From a virus, in IMG/VR virus record IMGVR_UViG_3300043607_000053: a DNA stretch of 64,000 bases; one strand, given 5' to 3'. The position numbers and the translations under genes were made by a program. Below the pieces are notes generated by a model. That model saw only the letters and a list, made by a program, of their open reading frames with translations. It was not told where the DNA came from and searched no databases. The first letter of the stretch is position 1. Every line of letters begins with the position of its first letter. This document shows positions 1 to 8,739 of this stretch, piece after piece.

Positions 1-56
1 GCAATCTCCTTACTCAAACCACTTCCGAATCATTAAATTTTACCGGAGAATCAGGG

Positions 57-515
57 ATGCAATTTTTCTATGCTGCCGGAGATCCTGAATCTTCTGATCC
101 CTGGGCATCTATCACAAAGGCGTATGCGCAAAATAACCCGGGTCAAGCCATAGGCGCCGGCAGCGGTCCTGTGGCTAATACCACAACACCTACCACAACG
201 ACACAAAAAAGTGCACTGGGAAGCCTTTTATCCGATAAGAATACCCTCAGCTCGATCCTGAATACGGGACTTAGCACGCTTTCTACCAGCCTCACCAATA
301 AAAGCAATCAGAAATTGGCCAAAACTGCACTTGCTATTGAAACAGAAAAAACAAAGCAGGCGCAGGCTGCTGTGGCCGGTGGTGGCGCGGCACCAGGCAC
401 CCGCGCTCCGATAAGCATGGGGCTGAAAATCGGCCTGGCCGTAGGCGGGGCTGTGCTGTTAACTTTTGTGATCGTGATGCTCGTTAAACCAAAAGCAAAA
501 CCAAAAGCAGCATGA
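57..515 (+). CDS. Putative virion membrane protein, C-terminal TM helix plus Lys-rich tail
   Basis: T/S-rich linker, C-terminal LKIGLAVGGAVLLTFVIVMLV-KPKAKPK. Confidence 0.75.
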   Translation: MQFFYAAGDPESSDPWASITKAYAQNNPGQAIGAGSGPVANTTTPTTTTQKSALGSLLSDKNTLSSILNTGLSTLSTSLTNKSNQKLAKTALAIETEKTKQAQAAVAGGGAAPGTRAPISMGLKIGLAVGGAVLLTFVIVMLVKPKAKPKAA

Positions 516-826
516 AAAAAGCATTGATCATAACAGGCGCTCTTGCCATTGCTGGGACCGGAATATATATGTGGATTAAACAACCCGTTGTTGTTATCAA
601 TTTTAATAGCAAGACCGGTACAGGCGATGTAAGAATCGGTAATAAGACCGCTTCTTTTTCAGCAACGCAAGGTGTTATGATCGGTACCTGGAATGGGTAT
701 AAAATTTATGTGAAGGGTGGTACCGGTGAGTATGCACTTACCAGGTATGGGAAAAATATTGATTCAGCTACATCGATAACGCCCTATATGGGAGGCAGCT
801 CTTACTTAACGATAAATCATTTGTGA
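512..826 (+). CDS. Small membrane-anchored protein, N-terminal TM plus beta-rich domain
   Basis: MKKALIITGALAIAGTGIYMWIK; ATGA overlap with the previous gene. Confidence 0.75.
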   Translation: MKKALIITGALAIAGTGIYMWIKQPVVVINFNSKTGTGDVRIGNKTASFSATQGVMIGTWNGYKIYVKGGTGEYALTRYGKNIDSATSITPYMGGSSYLTINHL

Positions 827-828
827 TC

Positions 829-1056
829 ATGGCAGCAAGTATTGACGCTTTACTGGAAAAAGCTGACAACATAAAAAAGGATGATGGAAAAAATGATGGG
901 AAAAATAAAACCCGAAGCGCCTTCGCCGGCATGATCGTCGGCGGAGTAGTGGGAGTGATGATTGGTTATACAAAAAAATGGAATCTGTTTTATTCTCTAC
1001 TCGGGGGCGCTATCCTGGGAAGCGGAGTAACCTACATATTCACACCGGAAAGTTGA
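829..1056 (+). CDS. Small membrane protein with two GxxxG helices
   Basis: FAGMIVGGVVGVMIGY and LLGGAILGSGVTYIF. Confidence 0.7.
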   Translation: MAASIDALLEKADNIKKDDGKNDGKNKTRSAFAGMIVGGVVGVMIGYTKKWNLFYSLLGGAILGSGVTYIFTPES

Positions 1057-1080
1057 TTATTAAAATTTAAAATAACAATT

Positions 1081-1161
1081 ATGAAAAAAGCATGGATCTG
1101 GGTTGGTGTTGCAGGAGTGGCCGGGTTTCTTATCGGCAAATACGCCTTCCCTAAAAAGTAA
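1081..1161 (+). CDS. 26-aa membrane peptide MKKAWIWVGVAGVAGFLIGKYAFPKK (below ORF-track cutoff)
   Basis: Read directly; same TM+KK design as neighbours; A-rich leader; followed by a terminator. Confidence 0.65.
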   Translation: MKKAWIWVGVAGVAGFLIGKYAFPKK

Positions 1162-1184
1162 TAAATGTGCTGTTTTAATGAACG

Positions 1185-1212
1185 GGCGGTGTACACCGCA
1201 TCGCCTTTTTTT
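1185..1212 (+). terminator. Intrinsic terminator
   Basis: GGCGGTG/CATCGCC stem followed by T7. Confidence 0.6.
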
Positions 1213-1225
1213 ATTTTAAAATACA

Positions 1226-1552
1226 ATGAGCACAATAGCAAAAACAAGTAATGCTGCTTGGAAAGAATACAAGGCAGGAGGCGGGACCATCGTAAAATTT
1301 ACCGATTGGCTGCACCGTGAAAAGGAAAAAATGTTTTCAGCAAACGGAGAAGATGATAGCCTTTTGCTCGTTAATCGCAGCCTGAATGATTCAGTACAGG
1401 GAGCGATTAAAGACACATTGAAAACGGGTGGCTTAAAAGAAAAAACGAGCGGTAAAACGCTTTTTGGTATCAATACCAAATGGCTGATAGGGTCTGCCAT
1501 TGTACTTACCGGTGGAATTATTTATTTGATTGTGAAGAGGAACAAGAATTAA
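1226..1552 (+). CDS. Putative virion membrane protein, C-terminal TM
   Basis: WLIGSAIVLTGGIIYLIV-KRNKN. Confidence 0.75.
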   Translation: MSTIAKTSNAAWKEYKAGGGTIVKFTDWLHREKEKMFSANGEDDSLLLVNRSLNDSVQGAIKDTLKTGGLKEKTSGKTLFGINTKWLIGSAIVLTGGIIYLIVKRNKN

Positions 1553-1581
1553 AAACATTGTTCACTATTAAAACTAAAGCC

Positions 1582-1812
1582 ATGAAGACTGTATGGATTG
1601 TTCTTGGTTCTATGGCGGGAGCTGCAGCGGGATCCTACCTGTTTATGACGTACAAGGGGAAGAAAAAATGTAATTGCAGTGGTTCTACCGCTACTACTAC
1701 ACCTGCTACGCCACCTGCATCTATCACGCCGGCACCGCCGCCAGTTTCGCAACCAATACCTGCAACAGCAGCCGTCGCGATGGGCATGGATGGATGGAAG
1801 AGTTATTTCTAA
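1582..1812 (+). CDS. Membrane-anchored Pro/Thr/Ala-rich protein
   Basis: ATG 1582 (MKTVWIVLG...) preferred over the track start at 1480. Confidence 0.65.
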   Translation: MKTVWIVLGSMAGAAAGSYLFMTYKGKKKCNCSGSTATTTPATPPASITPAPPPVSQPIPATAAVAMGMDGWKSYF

Positions 1813-1824
1813 ATGTGAGAGATT

Positions 1825-2652
1825 ATGAATTTCCGTGTTTATACGGGCAGAGAAGAGCAGATTTTGAAAATAGGTGTCCGGACATTGACAGGTAAACCTG
1901 AAAAGATAAGATTGGTAGTTAGCGATGCCGAGCAAAATAATACCGTCTTTACCAGCAGGTATAATGTCTTCAACGGCGACCGGTTTTTCTATGTCCGTAT
2001 GCCACTGGCTCCGAAGATCGCGCTTGTCCAGGTATATAATGAGCAGATAGGCAACCGCCCTCAAAAGGATGAAAAAACTTTTGAGATGATCGATGAAAAC
2101 AATAAGCCCGATAAAGTAAATAACGGGATTTATAAAATGCCACTGGAGAAGAAAATGTCAGTGGTAGATATGGGAAACCCGGAAGTAAAAAGTTTTATCA
2201 CCTATGCGCAAAAATTTTGTTATAACGCCGGCATTCTTGATACCGGTAAATATCAAAGTGCGGATGGGCGTATTACTTTTCTGTATTCGCCAACCATTTT
2301 TAACAAGAAAGACGGCAAGGAAAGCAGCACGCCGGCACGGATAGCAGAAACATCGAAGATCATTGAAGTTTCGCAGAAAATATTTATTCCATTCACTGTG
2401 CCAATGCGCTTTGCAATTCTTTGCCATGAGTTTGCTCACTGTTATTTAAACCTGAATAAGGTGAGTGAGATAGAAGCTGATCTGCAGGGATTATTAATCT
2501 ATCTGGGCCTGGGCTATCCCCGGTTTGAAGCATACCAGGCATTTCTGGAGACTTTTATCGGCACGCCGTCAGAGCTGAATAAGAAACGCTACAATATCGT
2601 CAATCGTTTTATAACCGATTTTGAAAACAATAAATTCCTGATGTATGAGTAA
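1825..2652 (+). CDS. Zincin-like metallopeptidase (candidate maturation protease)
   Basis: ILCHEFAHCYL (HExxH) followed by EIEAD. Confidence 0.65.
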   Translation: MNFRVYTGREEQILKIGVRTLTGKPEKIRLVVSDAEQNNTVFTSRYNVFNGDRFFYVRMPLAPKIALVQVYNEQIGNRPQKDEKTFEMIDENNKPDKVNNGIYKMPLEKKMSVVDMGNPEVKSFITYAQKFCYNAGILDTGKYQSADGRITFLYSPTIFNKKDGKESSTPARIAETSKIIEVSQKIFIPFTVPMRFAILCHEFAHCYLNLNKVSEIEADLQGLLIYLGLGYPRFEAYQAFLETFIGTPSELNKKRYNIVNRFITDFENNKFLMYE

Positions 2653-2911
2653 GACAGGAAAAGGTCTTATAACCGTCGTTTGCATTGCCGTAATTGGCCT
2701 GGCTGTATTTCACCTTACCAACCAGGGCAAAAAGAAGTATGCAAAAGAGATTATAAAACTCAATGGTACCTTCGGGTCGTATGCATGGCTTATGTCCACG
2801 GAAGAAGGGTATTTAAAAGCATGGGCGAATGCGCTTGCAAAAGGCAAGGCGTCTTTTTCTTTTAATAATGAGAATTATAATACATCGGGGGGTAAAAAAA
2901 TAGTTATATGA
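2645..2911 (+). CDS. Small membrane-anchored protein
   Basis: N-terminal LITVVCIAVIGLAVFHL. Confidence 0.7.
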   Translation: MSKTGKGLITVVCIAVIGLAVFHLTNQGKKKYAKEIIKLNGTFGSYAWLMSTEEGYLKAWANALAKGKASFSFNNENYNTSGGKKIVI

Positions 2912-3411
2912 AAGTATTTGATCGGGCTTATCAGTTTTACGAAGGATTGCCTACCTGGGGCAAAGCAGTAGTAGTTATCGGGGGCGCCGGCTTAACCTGG
3001 TTTGGAATATTAAATCCTGTAAGAAAACTGATTATATCCAAACTGGACCAGGCTAAAATGGCAAAGGAAGGACAAAAAGCCGGTGATGAATTGAGCAAGC
3101 TGAAGAAACAGGGTGTAAATCCAACGATATCACCCGCGCAGGCTGAATCGTTTTCCAATTCACTCGTTTCTGCATTTTCAGGTTGCGGAACAGATGAAGA
3201 CGCAATCTATAACATAATGAAACAATTGAAAAACAATGCAGACGTATATCTGCTTATTAGCACTTTTGGGATAAGGAAGTATGACAGTTGTATGTGGGGA
3301 ACGACAGAGAAATCATTATCCGGCGCTATAAGTGATGAATTGGATTGGCTTGAAAAAATGGCTGTCAACAAGACTCTTGAAGCAAACAAAGTTTCGTTTC
3401 AATTCACTTAA
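2908..3411 (+). CDS. Membrane-anchored annexin-repeat-like protein
   Basis: AFSGCGTDEDAIYNIM matches the annexin GxGTDE motif; SLSGAISDEL resembles the annexin repeat end; N-terminal TM. Confidence 0.65.
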   Translation: MKVFDRAYQFYEGLPTWGKAVVVIGGAGLTWFGILNPVRKLIISKLDQAKMAKEGQKAGDELSKLKKQGVNPTISPAQAESFSNSLVSAFSGCGTDEDAIYNIMKQLKNNADVYLLISTFGIRKYDSCMWGTTEKSLSGAISDELDWLEKMAVNKTLEANKVSFQFT

Positions 3412-3420
3412 AAATTTGTT

Positions 3421-4107
3421 ATGCGAAAACCGCTTTATGTAACAGATAGAAAATTCACCGGTGATACCGGTTGTGCATTGGATTACCAGATTGGTTTTGA
3501 AGATGAATGCGGAGGCTATTGCAATTTTTTGGGCATTGGCAACAAAAAGGAGAAGGAAAGACGCGCCGATGTGTTGAATGAAGTGCGTGGTCGTTATCCT
3601 TCGCCAAAAAATTGCGCAGATGCAGAAGCGGGACTACCCAAATTGCGTGCTGATTTGGCCGATGCGCAACGCCAGCTCGATGCTGATCCAAAATCGTCTG
3701 TAAAACCTCGTTATATCGAAGCATATACCACTGTCCTGGGAGAATTTACTACTTATTACAACAATAATTGTCTTACCACTGCAGCAGATGTGCCAGCCAC
3801 TTCTACGCCTGTAATGCCGGGATCAATAAATACTGACCCTATCCTGCAAACAGCAACTCCGAGTGGTAGCACGGCAACATCGTTGGGCAATAATGCCACT
3901 ACTGCCGGCGCCACTGCAGGCGCTAGTGCAACCTCTTCTCCTGCAACCAGCGGAACAACGCCAGCAGGAAGCACGGCCCCTGCAATAAAGCAGAATGTAT
4001 TATCAAAAGTCCCAAAATGGGCTTGGTGGGTGGCCGGTGGATTGGTAGTGGTAACGATCGTGGCAGTTGTTATTAAGCATAAAAATGTTAAACCCGTTAA
4101 GGCATAA
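3421..4107 (+). CDS. Putative virion membrane protein, T/A-rich stalk, C-terminal TM
   Basis: WAWWVAGGLVVVTIVAVVI-KHK; paralogous core with the next gene. Confidence 0.75.
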   Translation: MRKPLYVTDRKFTGDTGCALDYQIGFEDECGGYCNFLGIGNKKEKERRADVLNEVRGRYPSPKNCADAEAGLPKLRADLADAQRQLDADPKSSVKPRYIEAYTTVLGEFTTYYNNNCLTTAADVPATSTPVMPGSINTDPILQTATPSGSTATSLGNNATTAGATAGASATSSPATSGTTPAGSTAPAIKQNVLSKVPKWAWWVAGGLVVVTIVAVVIKHKNVKPVKA

Positions 4108-4108
4108 T

Positions 4109-4609
4109 ATGGCCGTTGAATTATTTGACGATATCGACACTAATGTTCTGGCTTCATGTAAATCATTTCGTGGCCGGGATGAATATTTTAATGCCAATGC
4201 TGCAAAATTAAATCGCCAGGCTGAAACGGCGGCTGATGTTGTCCTTCAGTTTCCCTATCCTCCAAAGGATTGTGAACAGGCTACTACTATCATTCAGAAT
4301 ATTGAGGATCAGATAAAATCTCTCAATGAAAAACTGGCCAGTGGTGGTAATAAGGTTGATAAAAGATACCTGGACGCATATATCGGAATCCGCAACAATT
4401 TTAAAGCCTGGTTAAACGCAAAGCAATGTGTAGCTACTGCCTTGAAACAGGAGGATGATGCATTCAGCGAGCAATTGCAGACCGCATTGAATCAGGAACA
4501 AACTTCACAGGATAGCAGTAGTAGTAAAAATAATTGGATCATTTTCACTGCACTCGGTTTCCTTGTACTGGGTGCAGTAGCCATTATATTAAAACGACCT
4601 AAAAAGTGA
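4109..4609 (+). CDS. Putative virion membrane protein, C-terminal TM (paralog of 3421-4107)
   Basis: ATG 4109; PPKDC...KRYLDAY motif; WIIFTALGFLVLGAVAIIL-KRPKK. Confidence 0.75.
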   Translation: MAVELFDDIDTNVLASCKSFRGRDEYFNANAAKLNRQAETAADVVLQFPYPPKDCEQATTIIQNIEDQIKSLNEKLASGGNKVDKRYLDAYIGIRNNFKAWLNAKQCVATALKQEDDAFSEQLQTALNQEQTSQDSSSSKNNWIIFTALGFLVLGAVAIILKRPKK

Positions 4610-5133
4610 ATTGGCAAAAGGCAATAGGAATATCATTGATTGTTGGGTTAGCCGGTGGGCTTTACGCACTATACCGGTATGGAAAGAAGGAATCAAAAAA
4701 ACTGCAAGACTACCAGGTAGATCTTACCGGTATAAAGTTTACCAGCTTTTCCGAAGACCTGGTGACAATGGATGCTATGTTCCGCATTACTAATAAGTCA
4801 GCGATCGAGGCAACAATCGAAAAATTGTATGCTGACACTTATTTGAATGGTGCATACGTGGGAAATGTAGTCAATAGCGGTGCATGGCCAATTCCCGCCA
4901 AAGGAACATCGGATGATATCAAATTGAGTTTTACGTTTTCGAGCAAACAAATATTAAAAAATATCGTAGGCGCTCTTTTTAGTTTGATCACGACAAAAGA
5001 CGTGCCCTACCGGATAGCAGGATCGGCTACGGTAAAAAGTTTGTTCGTTTCATTCAGCGTTCCTTTTGATTATAGCGGATTTTTGAAGAGTGATATGCTG
5101 GGGACCGCAACACCGGTACCGGCGACAAAATAA
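4606..5133 (+). CDS. LEA type 2 (WHy) domain protein with N-terminal TM
   Basis: FRITNKSAIEATIEKLYADTYLNGAYVGNV...IPAKGTS...Y-I-G pattern. Confidence 0.7.
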   Translation: MNWQKAIGISLIVGLAGGLYALYRYGKKESKKLQDYQVDLTGIKFTSFSEDLVTMDAMFRITNKSAIEATIEKLYADTYLNGAYVGNVVNSGAWPIPAKGTSDDIKLSFTFSSKQILKNIVGALFSLITTKDVPYRIAGSATVKSLFVSFSVPFDYSGFLKSDMLGTATPVPATK

Positions 5134-5149
5134 TATCACACCGAAAATT

Positions 5150-5539
5150 ATGGATAGCAAAGAAATGATGGAAAAAATTGAAAAAAAGATCAGGCAAGGG
5201 ATAGCGAAATTCCAAAACGTGTACCAGTTGCCGGCAGACCAGGTGCAAATTGTATTTATGCTCGATGAAGAAGAGGAAGTGCAGTTTATGACTTGTGTCA
5301 ATAATCAATTAAGGCATAAGGTCAAGCTCTCGGATCTCATAGGAAAAAACATGACCAACTTTCTTGTGCGATCGCATTTGACAAAGGTTATTAAAAAGTT
5401 TGCCATAGAGCAAAACAGCAAGGACCGTAGCACTAATATTATCGCAGGTGTAAATGCTAAAGATGAGCTGTACATGCATTTGAGAAGGAACCATATCCTG
5501 ATCAGAAAAATTGAGGATCCTGACGAATTAAAAATTTGA
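5150..5539 (+). CDS. Hypothetical protein
   Basis: ATG 5150, packed in the operon. Confidence 0.6.
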   Translation: MDSKEMMEKIEKKIRQGIAKFQNVYQLPADQVQIVFMLDEEEEVQFMTCVNNQLRHKVKLSDLIGKNMTNFLVRSHLTKVIKKFAIEQNSKDRSTNIIAGVNAKDELYMHLRRNHILIRKIEDPDELKI

Positions 5540-5543
5540 GTAT

Positions 5544-5837
5544 ATGGGTATGCAGATTTGTACGCAGGTGGTGAGTGCGGGAAACAGTTTTGTGATAAAT
5601 GCGTCAATGGGCGTACTATCTATAAGTTATCAAATGAGCAATGGGACCGGTGATGCCGGTACTATTATCGGAAACTTTAATGGAACCAGCTCTACCGGAA
5701 GCCATTTAACAAACCAGGCGATAACCATTCCTGCAGGCGGTGGTAACAATTTCAGCAGTCCGTCGCCAGATCGCCCCATCGATGGTATTACACTACACTG
5801 TACGCAGGGTAGCTTAAATATCATATTGGGGTATTAA
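5544..5837 (+). CDS. Small beta-rich structural protein candidate
   Basis: Alternating hydrophobic strands, Gly/Ser/Thr-rich. Confidence 0.6.
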   Translation: MGMQICTQVVSAGNSFVINASMGVLSISYQMSNGTGDAGTIIGNFNGTSSTGSHLTNQAITIPAGGGNNFSSPSPDRPIDGITLHCTQGSLNIILGY

Positions 5838-5847
5838 ACTAATTGTC

Positions 5848-6957
5848 ATGTTTAGTATTGCAAAAAAATATTATGATCTTGGTTTTTTGGGAGGCGCTGG
5901 TATGCTTTCTTTCCTGCCCTTACCGGGTATAGGATCCGGCGGTGGTAGTGGCCCCCCTTTTGCGGCTGATTCGGCTGACAACGGGTTGTCAGTTGATCCC
6001 ATTACAGGGCATATAGTCCTGGGCAATGACCTGACTGATACGGCAGCTCTTCTATTGTCCGATCGGGAAATAGCGATGGGTGGAAAATCTATCCAACTTA
6101 CCGATCCGGACCTATTGCTTTTTATAAACAGCAACTCAATTCAGCTTACAGATAATTCCGGTGGAAATAATTTTATTGGATTATTTGTCAGTGCTACTGA
6201 TGCTCACATGGAACTGATAGGCACCGTAGGCGGTGGAAGTGCCCCGGCTATTAAAATATCCGAAGTTGGCTTCTCCCATTCCGAGATAAGAGTAATTGGA
6301 AGTGCTTTTGAAGTAGCGGGTACAAGCGGAACCCGGCTTATGCTTTCGGCTGATTCTGCTAATCAAATCTATCAATTGGGAGATCTTTCGGTAGCAGCTA
6401 ATGGTACATTGATCTCCGTAGAGCCAAGTAATCAAAGAGTAGTGGTTGGCCTTGCATCCGGAAACCGCGTTGCAGATTTTGGAACAACCAATTTTAATGT
6501 ACAACTAGGAGATATTGATAGCGTTGGTAACGATACTATACTAAATGTATTTGATAACCTGCAGAGAATAAATGCTAATGTAGGCGGCATAAATAATGTG
6601 TTGTTTTTAGATGGAACTTCTAAAAATTATTCTTTGGGTGATCCGGGAAGCGATTTTTTGTTGATTGATGGACTTGGATTTCAGACAAAGATTGTGACTA
6701 ATGGGACTACTACTTTGTTCCTGGATCTAATCAGCGGACAATACTCTATCGGTGATTTTGATGGCAGTGGCAATGGAACGCTTTTGACATTAGATGACGG
6801 GACTTCTATTGCGCGTATAGCTGCAACTAATGGCCTGAACCTGGCAGGATCGGCTTATTCGATCAACGGAACGCCGGGTGACAGCGGATCATTTACTGCT
6901 CAATCAGGGGAAACAGTAACCGTTACGGGAGGAATTATAACTGCTATTACGCCATAA
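5848..6957 (+). CDS. Spike/fibre-like protein with ~40-aa beta repeats
   Basis: Repeats YQLGDLSVAANGTLI, VQLGDIDSVGNDTIL, YSLGDPGS, YSIGDFDGSGNGTLL. Confidence 0.6.
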   Translation: MFSIAKKYYDLGFLGGAGMLSFLPLPGIGSGGGSGPPFAADSADNGLSVDPITGHIVLGNDLTDTAALLLSDREIAMGGKSIQLTDPDLLLFINSNSIQLTDNSGGNNFIGLFVSATDAHMELIGTVGGGSAPAIKISEVGFSHSEIRVIGSAFEVAGTSGTRLMLSADSANQIYQLGDLSVAANGTLISVEPSNQRVVVGLASGNRVADFGTTNFNVQLGDIDSVGNDTILNVFDNLQRINANVGGINNVLFLDGTSKNYSLGDPGSDFLLIDGLGFQTKIVTNGTTTLFLDLISGQYSIGDFDGSGNGTLLTLDDGTSIARIAATNGLNLAGSAYSINGTPGDSGSFTAQSGETVTVTGGIITAITP

Positions 6958-6983
6958 AATTTAATCATTATAAAAAAATACAG

Positions 6984-7181
6984 ATGAAAACGGAAATTTT
7001 GAATGCAACCTGCCTGCAGGCTACCGAAAACAAGAACAATTGCACAATCAGATTTGCTTTGGAAGGAGAAAAGCCTACTGATATTATTGCAAGTGCCATA
7101 TTCGCATATAAAGAACCGGATGAGGCAAAAAAGTTCTCTACCAAAAAAAAATACAATATCACGATAACGGAGGTTGAATAA
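6984..7181 (+). CDS. Hypothetical protein
   Basis: 65 aa, A-rich leader. Confidence 0.6.
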   Translation: MKTEILNATCLQATENKNNCTIRFALEGEKPTDIIASAIFAYKEPDEAKKFSTKKKYNITITEVE

Positions 7182-7198
7182 TTAATCAAACCGGGACT

Positions 7199-8146
7199 AT
7201 GAAAAAGATATGTCTGTTGCTTTTGTTGCCAATTTGTTGTTGGTCGCAAAGGCAAAATCTATTACTGGAAGCCACGTTCGACGGTACCAATCCCTTTGCA
7301 GGTTTTACACTTGCTAATGAGCAGTATTGCTGCAGCTATTCCATTAACCAGGTAGCCAACCCGCAAGGACCCGGCCAGGTCATAAAATATGATTTGCGCA
7401 GTACAGATCCTATTGTGTCCAGCTCGCTACGCGCAGAAATACAATTACAGGGTACAGATGCGCCGGAAAGCTCTGAAAGATGGTACGGCCTGCAATATTA
7501 CCTGCAGAACTATGGGGCCGACCCCGGACCGGAAAGTATTATGCAATGGCATGATATAGATGGTAGCTGCCCGCCCTTATCTCTGCAGGTGGCGGGTGGA
7601 CGTCTTCGGATTACCCAGTGTATCGATAACGGCAACACACATAATGATCTTGGCCCTGTTGTTTCAAATACCTGGTTTTCTATTGTCGCACGTATAAAAT
7701 GGGCAAGTACCAATACCGGTATTATACAGGTATGGCGCGATGGTCAGCGGTTAGTGAATAAAAGTAATATCCGGACAAACAGTACCGGGGGAAGTTATTT
7801 TAAGCTGGGTATCAACAAATGGTCATGGGCGCCTCCCCTTGTGGGAAGCTCCAACCAGACTGAACGCATTTTTTACATTGATAATTTCCGCATGGGAAAT
7901 CAGAATGCTTTTTATAATGATGTAGCGCCTGTTCCCCTGGTGGTAACACCAGTTATATGGGGATATTTCCGCTATAATGATAGTGTAAAAGCACTGGAAT
8001 GGGCTACGGAGACGGAACAAAACAATGATCACTTTGAAGTACAGGAAAGCGATGATGGGGCTAACTGGACAACTATTGGCAGTGTTGCAAGCAAAGCGAT
8101 CGATGGTAATAGTAATTCGACAATCACATATTCATACCAATTATGA
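7199..8146 (+). CDS. Secreted polysaccharide lyase-like (concanavalin-fold) protein with a half Bacteroidota Ig-like domain
   Basis: Signal peptide; RAE..., ERWYG, IMQWH, GIIQVWRDG, YFKLGINKW, YIDNFR; C-terminal LEWATETEQNNDHFEVQESDDG. Confidence 0.7.
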   Translation: MKKICLLLLLPICCWSQRQNLLLEATFDGTNPFAGFTLANEQYCCSYSINQVANPQGPGQVIKYDLRSTDPIVSSSLRAEIQLQGTDAPESSERWYGLQYYLQNYGADPGPESIMQWHDIDGSCPPLSLQVAGGRLRITQCIDNGNTHNDLGPVVSNTWFSIVARIKWASTNTGIIQVWRDGQRLVNKSNIRTNSTGGSYFKLGINKWSWAPPLVGSSNQTERIFYIDNFRMGNQNAFYNDVAPVPLVVTPVIWGYFRYNDSVKALEWATETEQNNDHFEVQESDDGANWTTIGSVASKAIDGNSNSTITYSYQL

Positions 8147-8346
8147 AAACGGTAAAAAAGATAATGTTTCTGTCAATGATCTTCTGCACCTGGTCGGTTT
8201 TATTATCGGGCAATTGCAGGCCCAATAGTACAACCACTGTTCCGGATCCTGTGATACCAAAACCAGCAGCGAAGCATTACCGGATCATGCAGGTTGACAA
8301 AGATGGCAACGTAAAATACAGCAACGTAATAATTGTTAAACAGTAA
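8143..8346 (+). CDS. Small exported/membrane peptide carrying the second half of the Ig-like domain
   Basis: Hydrophobic N-terminus; C-terminal HYRIMQVDKDGNVKYSNVIIVK. Confidence 0.6.
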   Translation: MKTVKKIMFLSMIFCTWSVLLSGNCRPNSTTTVPDPVIPKPAAKHYRIMQVDKDGNVKYSNVIIVKQ

Positions 8347-8364
8347 AAAAAAGGAGTTTTTTTT

Positions 8365-8691
8365 ATGAAAAGGTATTCATCATTGATAGCTGCCGCGATC
8401 GGAACTGTTATGTTAGTATTACAACAAGCCATGACAGAAAAGAGCTGGGATTTGAAAATTGTTGGATTCAGTGCGCTTATTGCAGTTATAGGCGCGATAT
8501 CTGTTCAATTGAAAGGAAAGGGAATTTCTTTGGGTGGTATTATAGGCACCGTTGGATATAATTTTTATACCATTTATTCTACCGGACATTTTACTGTTAA
8601 AGAATTTATTATTACGTCTGCATTTGCTGTTCTTGCTTTAATCCTGCCCAGTGTAAAACCGGTGCAGGATCCTCCAAAACCGAACCAATAG
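8365..8691 (+). CDS. Multi-pass membrane protein, holin candidate
   Basis: About four short TM segments in 108 aa, upstream of PG-acting genes. Confidence 0.5.
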   Translation: MKRYSSLIAAAIGTVMLVLQQAMTEKSWDLKIVGFSALIAVIGAISVQLKGKGISLGGIIGTVGYNFYTIYSTGHFTVKEFIITSAFAVLALILPSVKPVQDPPKPNQ

Positions 8692-8739
8692 AAGTAAAAG
8701 ATGTATTTTAGCAGTGGTTATTCGTAGTGAATTAAGGAA

